Origin: Heteronotia binoei | Lineage: Eukaryota | DNA: 64,000 nucleotides | Direction: 5' to 3' | Assembly: GCF_032191835.1 (NCBI RefSeq) | Contig: NC_083224.1 | Location: 51,460,001 to 51,524,000, forward strand | In this document: positions 54,988 to 64,000 of the stretch, one piece after another | Layout: every line of letters starts with the position of its first letter | Numbering within the stretch: position 1 is the stretch's first letter | The notes under the pieces: generated by a model | Seen by the model: only the letters and a program-made list of their open reading frames with translations | Database searches by the model: none | Told to the model about the DNA's origin: nothing | Made by a program: the position numbers and the translations under genes

Positions 54988-57900
54988 GTAGGTTTGTCAC
55001 AAACAAGTAACTAATTAGTTGTACAGAATTGTCTTTAAACTCTTAAGAATTTCTTGACTATTTTAGCTTAAATAAACAAGCATAAGCTTCTTTGTCTCAC
55101 AGACACTTAAACTGATAGGCAGGAATATTCACACAAGTTCCAATATGCCTTCTTTTCCACTTGACAGGGATCATCCCATGTTACTAGGAGCTATTCCCCT
55201 CAGGTTTGAATGGGAATCCTTCCTGATCCTCCTACTCTCTTAGCCTTCCTTCCCGGTCAACTGTCAGTTCTTAACTGTCTTAACTGTTATTCCTAACTGC
55301 CAAACCTGACTGCCACTCTCAGCTGTAGAATTCTGTTTGCTTCTCCTGTCACTCAAGGTTCTCAGACTGGGTTAAAGCTCTAAGCATTTACTGTTCACAC
55401 ACAGAAATATCATTTTCTTACAGTTTCACATTCTGTTCTTTATTTGGGGGTTCTTCAGGTGGCAACCCACTGGGGTCAGAAGGAATCATTTCACTGTTAC
55501 CTAACAACAATGGAGCACATTTGCCAATCACTTGTTGGTCACTCTAAATATTTGAGAAATACGTCCTGTAGTTATGTTGCATCCATAAAATGGCTCCTCT
55601 CTATAATCTGGAGTGAAGTTTAGCTAGCATTAGTCATACAGTATCCAAGAAAAAAAGAGGGAATTGTGCATCCTTTCATACTGTGTCCTTTTTTTAGAAA
55701 AAAGATAATGTTCTTTTTAAAGATAAACCTTTGAAACAGTGAGCTTATCATTTCCTGTGCTCTTGTCAGCAGCTGGGGATAGCATTCAATAAATATGACA
55801 TAGTTGTAGTAGAGGAGGAGTTTGGTAAGAAAGACTAACTTGAATGGCATGGGTGCAATGTAGGTGCTGAACTATCCCCTTCTTGAATATTGCTTCTGCC
55901 ATACGCTTGGTAAATTATTTAAGCAAGCAAGCTTCTCACTCTCTCAACCTTTGTTTCCCTATCTGCTATTGGGAGTGATAACAATGCTGTTGTAAGGATT
56001 AGAAGAGTATATGTGAGTAATTTGAAGGCTTTGGGACTCTGGGGCTGGACCATGTGTTCATAAAATGTAATGCTGGGTACATTTTAAACTGTATAAAGGA
56101 TACAAACACACACACACACAACTTAAAATACAAGCATGCTTAAAACTCTTGCAGTGTTTTGTTTAAAATGGAAAGGTGGGAGAATAGTGGGATTTGGCAA
56201 TGTAATTTTTAGAACATCAAGAAAAAGCATAAGGATCATGGCAGAAACCAAAATATAAAATGCTCTGGACACAGGAAAATACGAAATGGCTGGGCATTGC
56301 AGGCTTCTCTCCCCCCCATCCCAGGTCTACTTAGACTGGCAATGGCTCTCCAGTGTAATATTCCCCTTTTGCTGTGGGTTCCCAGGTTAGAGTACTCACT
56401 AGGCACAAGTTCTCAGGTCCATTCAACAGAGACAAGCTGGCTCAAAGCACCAACCCTTTATTTGTAAGGACACAATTTCAGGAAACAACGGCTTCAGCTG
56501 GCCATAGAAATGCTGGAAAGTGAAACTGAGCTTCACTTCATTGAAATACATTGCAGCACAGACAAAATTGTAAGGAAAACATGGACTGGATTTTCCATTA
56601 AGGTCTCTGGGCTATCTATCTGGGCACAGAGATCCCAACGGAAAATCCAGTCCACATTTTCCTTGCAACTTTGCAAGCCCAGAAGACCTTTCTGCTGAAG
56701 CCAGCAGAGACAAGGCAGAAGGAGCTAGGAACTTTGGCAGCTTTGGAGCTTCAAAGGGTGAGGACAGGAGGGGGAGGAGAGGAGGGAGAAAAGAGCCTCA
56801 GGCCTAATTAAAGTCCTGGGTGGAATGGTTCTGGCTCACAGAACGGACATTTGACACACCTGCTCTAAAGCTCTGTATAAATTATAATTAAAGGAGGACT
56901 ATAAATAACATACATTTTTAAAATTCCTTTCATCTTCACCTTGAAATACCTATCCTTGAGGAGACTATTTGCAGATTGTGAGCAAAACATTTTGATCAAG
57001 GCCGGATAATTACTAAGTTCAGGGGCATTTTAAAAATTCATAAGCATGCATCCTTGTGGGATCTTTAAGACAAAAGTGCAGCTATATACAATGCTATATA
57101 TGGGAAGAGATGGCTTAATAGTCAAGGCATGACTACATCTCTGGCAGCTGTGGGTTTGTTTCTATTCTCACTCTAGAATTCTGCCTTTAATCAATGCTGC
57201 AGCTATCACATATCCAAGCCACCAGGATAAATACACCATCTTGGTCCTAAGAGGTACTCATGGTCTTAGATTAAGATCTACAAATCCACATAAATCTGTG
57301 CCATTGAGCCCCCAGTATGGGGGTGGGGGGGATGGGATAAAAATATTCTTTATGAATAACTCTTCCCCTGTACCTAATACTTTTGTTGAGGTTCAGATCC
57401 ATGTTTTCAATGGGAACTTGGGAATGTAATTCAGGTCAGAGTAGAAACAAATGGACCAAAAGTGATAGATGGGAGGAAAGGAGTACTCCTCCCTGATTAT
57501 TGCTTCACGCCTGTCAATTATTTCCTTTCCTAATGTTGCTTTGCAGTAAGATATAGCAACTGAATTTTCAAGATATAAGAAAGTAGCAGAATGATCATTC
57601 TGCCCTAAGACAATTTCTCACAACACAGATAGGAAACATCATGCTTAACACCTTACAAACTGTGAGTAGTTCTTATAAACACAATTATACTACCTTCATT
57701 ATCATTATATGTTTCACTGAATCTCAAGAGAAGGGGCAGTGTTTTGCCAAAGATTTTTTAAAAAATGGCAGTGATTCTTTAGGAATTGGAAACAATGAAC
57801 AAAAATGTTTTTTTTTTAAAAAGGAAAAAGTGATAATTAACAACACAGCTGATAGCTATCAACAAAAAACCAAACAATTCCTTATACAGCTGCAGATCAG

Positions 57901-58141
57901 TATAACAAGAAAACCAATTGTTACACAGCCTAGTGAGTGACAGCAAACAGGTCCTCCCTGAAACCATTCAGTAGCTCTCCTGCTTCGCTTCCCTGGTCTG
58001 GCTCTCAAGGCTGAACTTCTCTTACCATAGGAGGTTTTGCACCTGCATTCCTAATCTGCCATCACAAACTTTGGAAGGGATAACATATCTCAGGCCCTCC
58101 CAGTATTGACAAATTAGCTTCTATTTCCGGTGCCTCTTGAA

Positions 58142-58328
58142 GAAGTGTTACCAACTTCCAGGTGGTGGCTGGAGATCTGGGATTACAACTGATCAGAAAA
58201 TTGCTGCTTTGGAAGGTAGACTCTAGCATTATACCCCATTGAAATCTCTTCCCTCCCCAAACTCTGCTTTCTTCAGACTCTACCCCCAAAATCTCCAGTT
58301 ATTTTCCAACCTGGAGCTAGCAACCCTA
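58142..58328 (+). mobile_element. Short hAT MITE
   Basis: Eroded left TIR, right TIR gctagcaacccta. TSD ctcttgaa / ctcttaaa. Confidence 0.75.
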
Positions 58329-59419
58329 CTCTTAAAGGTATATGGCCCCTGGCATTCAAGCAGGGGAAGACATATTTCCACTACAGGCAGTATCAGATTT
58401 CTGGTGAGATACCTAAAAATGTTTTATCACTTTTTTAAAAAATGTGGAGTTGGTGTTTTGGTTTTTTTAACCGGTTCTTGATTATATCTATCTGGAAGAA
58501 ACAAGAGGGATTTTAGTAGACAGATCTGCACCTGATATTGTGTAGTATTTGGAATCTTTTTGCATAGAATCAGCAGCAGGAATCAGGCAGTGGTGTGGCA
58601 AAATTACATGAGCATAACTATACTGATATATTTCCTTGCAAATACCATCAGGAAACATGTGGCATGTAAAAATGGCTTGGCTTTGAGTCTCTCTTTTGCT
58701 CACTGTGTTATGTATGAAATGGAAGAGAAATGGAAAATATCCTGTAGCTAAAAGAGGTTTACATTCTTGCAACAGAACAGTTTAAACCACGGACATGAAC
58801 ATGTCCTAACAGGGAAGTGTATTCCATATCTTGCCCTTTTCAGAGCATCACCCACACCCTTCCGCAGCAGTTCTCTTGCTGAATCCCATAAGGTGGTAGA
58901 ATAACAGAACAGAACATATAGCATATGAAATCTTTCCTTTGTTATCCTGCCTTTGCCTCCTAATTTGGTTTGACAGGGACTGACCTGCACCCAACATGTG
59001 TAAAAACCTGCTAATTTCTCCTACTTTGTCTATTCATTTTTCTTGTCCCAGTTGCAAAAAGATGCAGAAAGCAATGCTTTAGCTGAAGTTTGGATGTTTA
59101 TCTTATTTTCTATTGAAGAATCAGCCTTGCACAGATTAATGACCGCTCCTCTTCTCCCCATCTGTGATGATTCCATTTTATCTCTCTGTGTTCCAGACTC
59201 AGAAGGTCCAGACTCAGAAGGTCCATCCTGCCAACTTGTACCAAGTGGTGGGTCCTCTTAGCTGGTATTGTCTTATGACACCCCCCATCCAGTGTTCATA
59301 AATGCAACTGATTAATAAGAAGTTACTTTGATTTCCTGCACATTTCCCAGATAAATGTAGATTCTTTGTCATGACAAAGAGACAGCATTTCTTTTACAAT
59401 AAATGACTAAGCTTTAGAA

Positions 59420-60260
59420 CATTTAATCATGGAGCTGACTAGAAGGGAGATAGGCTGTGACTTCATTCTGAATAGTAGCCAGGTTCGGATGTCAGTGTCG
59501 TCGTACCACTTGGGGGCAATGACCACTCAACTTATATGTAAATGGAATGCAGCCCAGACAGTTCAACGTGCTTACTTTAATTTCAGAAGAGAATTTATCA
59601 AAATGAGCGAATTAATCCAAAGCAAGAACCGGGAGTGTCAGATAATTTCCAAACTTCTGGAAAAGGTTTAAAGCATTACAATAAAAGCTAGTGTTAAATG
59701 TGTGCCACAGATTAGGAAAGACACAAATGAGTCCAAGAGGGTGCCCATGTGCTTAAGAAACAAAATCAAGGATGCTAGGAAAGGCAAGCAGCCTTCCTTT
59801 TGAACAGTACAAGACTTGCTTGCCCAAATGAGGGAAGTAAAAAGGACCACCAAAACAAATGTAAGTTCATTAAGGCCAGTTAAAAGTAAAAAAAAAAAAA
59901 AGATTGGGATTTGAGCAACTCATTTCTACAAGCATTAAAACAAACACACGTTTAATTAGATCAGAAGCAGCCAGCCAGGGGGGTGATTGGCCTGTTAGAT
60001 GAAAAGTATGTAAAAGGAATATTGAAATAATAGGTGATTACAGGGAGCTAAGGGAACCCTTTGTACTGGTTTTCACTTCCAAAAATGTTTTTGGATCAGT
60101 AGATATGGGTCAAATAAAGATAACAGAAGATGTTCCAGAGCTAATTAACATATTCCAAATGGATAAATCAGTGGAAATGGTACATCCAAAAACCCTTAAA
60201 GAACTCAGATATGATGTTGTTCATCTTCTAACAAAAATATGCAATTCATCACTGAAATGA
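59420..60260 (+). mobile_element. Ancient CR1 ORF2 fragment (endonuclease-RT linker)
   Basis: YFNFRREFIKMSELI, CVPQIRK...KRVPMCL, MDKSVEMVHPKTLKEL, with many stops and frameshifts. Confidence 0.7.
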
Positions 60261-60299
60261 AGAATGAAAAAAAGTACTATTTTACCCAATACAAAATTG

Positions 60300-60560
60300 A
60301 TTTATGGAATGTGCTGTGCTAAAGACCACTGGTTTAGATGACTTCAGATCCATGAAGGACAGGGGTATCAAAGCCGTGATTGCTGGATGGAATTTCCATG
60401 TTTGTGTTGCTCTAGATACAGGTTTTTGTGGGGCAAACAACTCAAAAAAGCTGTTGCTTTCTTGTCCCGTGAGCTTTCTTGAAGTGTTTGGCTGGTGTTG
60501 CAAATGAGACACTAGATGAAATGGACCTTTGGTCTGATCCAGAGGATTTTTATGTTCTTA
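60300..60560 (+). mobile_element. CR1 3' end
   Basis: ggacctttggtctgatccagagg...ttatgttctta tail. Confidence 0.65.
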
Positions 60561-62499
60561 ATTCAGAACATGGATAGAAATCCTGGATAGCAGCTCTAAA
60601 GAAATATGTTGTTCCCATGCAGTCCAGACTGCCTTCCCACATCCAGAAGCACATGTCTTTCAGAAATGAGTGCTGGCATTTTAGGCATTGCTAGGAGAAA
60701 ATAAAATCCAGATGGCTCCAAGTGCTAACAGAAGGTGGTTGTAGAACCAAAGGTGAAAGTTGGGACTGGACCAGATGGTCCAGAGCTTTCAGCTGCAGAG
60801 ACTCCCAAATATATTTTTAGATCAGGCAGCTTCTTAAATTAAGGCGGTGTCATGGAGATGTTCTTTATAAATCTGCATGGTCGACTGCTTAAGCAGTGCT
60901 GGATCACACAGCATCTTGCAGCAGTATAGAACCCCAAAGGCACAATAGCTCACATAAACAAGATGCTCTTTTTCAGCCCCAATCAGAGACTGACATCACA
61001 ATTATGCTTTTCAGGCATTATAATGGAGGTCCACATAATTAAGTGTGCACTTTCTATGAATTTATTCCTTGGCTATGTTACTTTGTTTTACACCTAACCA
61101 AGAGTTGAGGGATGTAGTCTTGACACTACTATGATTATACCCTTTGTACAGATGCTTGTTCCTTGCATACACTGTAAGTGGCAAGCAGAATTCTTTCTTC
61201 ACTTGTAGAACAGCTTTAAAAGGCTAGAGTTGGACTAAAGGATATAATTTTTTAGCTGTTCTTTGACAGAGGTGATAATTCTCTTTAGGTATTTCTTTAA
61301 AGGGCAAACCTTATACCTTGCCTAGACATGGGCAATCAAGAGCTGTTTCACTTAGCATGGTACAGATGACAGCCCTCACACAATCACAGAATGTGTGGGG
61401 AGGGCCAGCAGGCATGCTAGCTTTAACTCCTGCCTCCATATGATTGCCTGGGTGTCTGAAAGTGGCTGCATGAACTCCCCCCCTCCCCCCATGATCAGCA
61501 ACATTTGAAAAGCATTGTCACTGATCACGGGAAGGGGGCATACACACTTACTCCTTATGGTTGTACCCTGCAGATGACCAGACAATTATGATGATGCAGG
61601 TGATGAGGCTGGCACTCTTGCACACACTCTGCCTCTCTGTGCATTCAGTAAAAGCATGGGGCCGTCATCTGCGGTCACTGGAGCTGAATGTTCAATGGAC
61701 TTTGTCCTACATACACAAAATATTAACTATAGAAATGCTGCCTCCACACGTGCAGAACTGCATTAACCTTTCCCTATAGCAATCTGCCCCTTTACCAATT
61801 TTTCAAAGAGAAAATTACTAATATGACATTTAAAAAAAAAAAAGAATTTAATGGGGGGGGGGGGGGGGTTCTTACTGACTGATGTTGGAATCTTTTGAAC
61901 AACTTGACCAAACTGGCTGCCAAACTGTCTGGGTCAAGAGCTGTTCATACATGCACATTTTTGCACAGCCCCACCTCAATATAGAAATTAACTGGTCTTG
62001 ATGTGTTTAATCTGTAACTATGATAAAACAATTCCAGAATCCAAACTGATATCTAGACCATACTAGAAATATTCTCACAGGCATGTATGTGTCCAATACA
62101 GGTCATTTAAATTATGCTTTCTGCTGTGCAAACATAAAAAAGGAAGAGAACTGATCCATGAACTTTAATATTCAGGACTGATAATAAACATTTCCTTTAA
62201 TTTAAAAAGAGAATTTCACCTACAGCAGAGCTACAAAAGCTACCACAAAAGATAAAGACACAAAATATATCTACTACATTGACTACACAGCCACAAAACT
62301 ACCCAACTGGGTGCTTGAGCTGAATGGCAAGCAGTGAGGGTAAAACAAGACTTGATTTGCAAGCAAGCATTTTGAGGTGGTGAAATAACTGTACAAGTGT
62401 GTGTGTGTGAGTGAGAGAGGGTTGTGTGTTATGTGCCATCAATTCACTTCTGACTTACAGTAGCCATGTGAATTATGACCTCAGTCTAAAACATCTTAT

Positions 62500-62645
62500 A
62501 TCACTGTTTTTTTAAAATTTTGTTGTTTTGTTATATGGTTTTAATCTGTAGATTTTTAGCTATTTAATCTGTGTTGTTATCCGCCTTGAGCCCACTTGCA
62601 GGAAAGGGCTAAATATAAGCCAACTAAAATAAAATAAATAAATAA
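62500..62645 (+). mobile_element. L2-type 3' tail
   Basis: tgttatccgccttgagccc...gggctaaatataa...aaataaataaat. Confidence 0.6.
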
Positions 62646-62856
62646 TCATTTACGGCCAGAGTCAGAGTTCCTGGTGCCCTAGGCCTCACCCCCACGCCAG
62701 GCAGACCAGGGAAGGTGAGAGTGGCGGGGTGGCATTTGGTCTCCCCGGAGCTTACCTTCCCTTGCAAGGAGAGTGGGCTCCAAGGAGAGCACACACTGCT
62801 GTGCCATCCCACTACTCATCCCACTACCCAGGTCTGAGCAGACCCAGGAAGGTAAG

Positions 62857-63232
62857 TGTAAAGTACTGGGGTCGGCGCAGTAAGAGACCAGAGTCGGAGA
62901 GTGATTTCAGCAAGCTTTACTTCAGGAACACACACACACTGAGCTCTGTTCAAACTTCCCGCTCCTTTATACAATTCTTGCCCCCTTCTGATTGGTCCTT
63001 AACTATCTACATGGATTGGCTATTTACAGGGCCCTAAGGGCCTATCAGGGTACAGTATGAGCCTGGATGTTGATTGGCTACTTATGTTTCAATCCTTCCC
63101 CTGATTGGGCACGCTTAGGCCTTCTCTGGAACCCTGGTGTGGAGTTCAAGCTCTGGCTTGTTCGGCTTCCCTCCAAAAGTAACAGTTCCCTCCAAAAGTA
63201 ACAGTTCTCTCATTTGAGCCTAGGACACAACA
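62857..63232 (-). mobile_element. Solo LTR (376 bp)
   Basis: TG...CA ends and a perfect 5-bp TSD gtaag. On the minus strand: four CCAATC boxes, TATAAAG, then AGTAAA. Internal 19-bp tandem duplication ttccctccaaaagtaacag. Confidence 0.9.
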
Positions 63233-63334
63233 GTAAGAGTGATGTGGGGAGGGGGCACCTGACAGCACCCCTGTAGGCCAGGTGGCACCCAAGGTGGCCG
63301 CCTACTTGGCCTACTCCTACGCACTGGCTCTGTT

Positions 63335-63700
63335 ATCCTTAACAGCCTTGATCAGGTCTTGCAGACTGAAGGCCGTGGCTGCCTACTGTTTTCAATTAAT
63401 CTCATGCTGGGTCTTCCTTTTTCCCTGCTGCCTTCAGATTTTCCTGGCATTATTGTCTTTTCCAGTGACTCTTGTTTTCTCATAATGTAACCATAATGTG
63501 ATAGCCTCAGTTTAGTCATTTTAATTTCTAGGTAGAGTTCAGTCTTGATTTGATCCAGAATCCACTTAACTGCCTTTTGGATGATCTGCAGTATCCATAA
63601 AACTCCTCCAACAGCATGTTTCAAATGAATGAATTTTCTTCCTGTCAGCTTTCTTCGCTGTCCAGCTTGCACATCCATACACACTAATGGGGAATACCAT
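63335..63700 (-). mobile_element. RTE-BovB LINE fragment
   Basis: KMTKLRLSHYGYIMRKQESLEKTIMPGKSEGSREKGRP, typical of the BovB ORF C-terminus. Frameshifted. Confidence 0.85.
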
Positions 63701-64000
63701 AGTATGAATTATTTTGAAAAACAGGTATTCAAGTTCTCAATGGGAGCACTACTTGAAAGGCCAGAATCCACAGACAGGCTAACAGAAGAGACTTTTTATC
63801 ACAGGGAAGATGCAAAGCAGTGAGCAAAAGTATGTTTTCACATATGAGGCTTAAATTTCTTTTGAGCCTTTCTCAAACTGCATATCTCTGGTTGTTCACT
63901 GTATGGGAGAGAGAGGAAGAACTCTGAAGAGCCATTTGTACTGTGACGGTACATTCTGTTGAGTGTGGCTTTTACATTCACATTACAAACCCAGTTGAAA

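Noticed and set aside
54570-55510. LTR-like stretch around the (CT)n repeat
   Set aside because: Matching TG...CA ends with a TSD could not be defined.
59193-59224. 15-bp tandem duplication tccagactcagaagg, and similar micro-duplications (about 38160, 63160-63205)
   Set aside because: Ordinary slippage events with no supporting context.
1-64000. CRISPR arrays, operons or other prokaryotic systems
   Set aside because: The DNA is vertebrate genomic, and no regularly spaced repeat-spacer array was seen.

Overview
Eukaryotic, repeat-rich vertebrate DNA from a squamate reptile, probably a gecko (judged from Squam3-type tRNA SINEs, 5S-derived SINEs, CR1/L2/RTE-BovB LINEs and hAT MITEs). No host gene could be named; only weak exon candidates were found. 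The main feature is an apparently intact, very young Ngaro-type tyrosine-recombinase retrotransposon on the minus strand (37-6364). It has split direct repeats A1-[gag, RT/RNaseH, YR, SGNH hydrolase]-B1-A2-spacer-B2. Two diverged solo A-spacer-B relics of the same lineage lie at 48335-49100 and 51415-52144. Comparing the three copies by eye shows a 101-nt RNA structure in the spacer, with invariant U6/U5 internal loops and compensatory base changes. It resembles an ENE (poly(A)-capturing triple helix) and would be present only in transcripts that read through to B2. The SGNH ORF has no start ATG but is preceded by a complete 3' splice site, in phase with a consensus donor in gag, which predicts a spliced Gag-esterase fusion. 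The rest of the window is a stack of nested TEs: a chromoviral Gypsy remnant, three solo LTRs, CR1, L2, an RTEX/L1-like fragment, BovB, a Penelope end, hAT and Harbinger-like MITEs, and SINEs. All alignments and structures were read manually, not computed.
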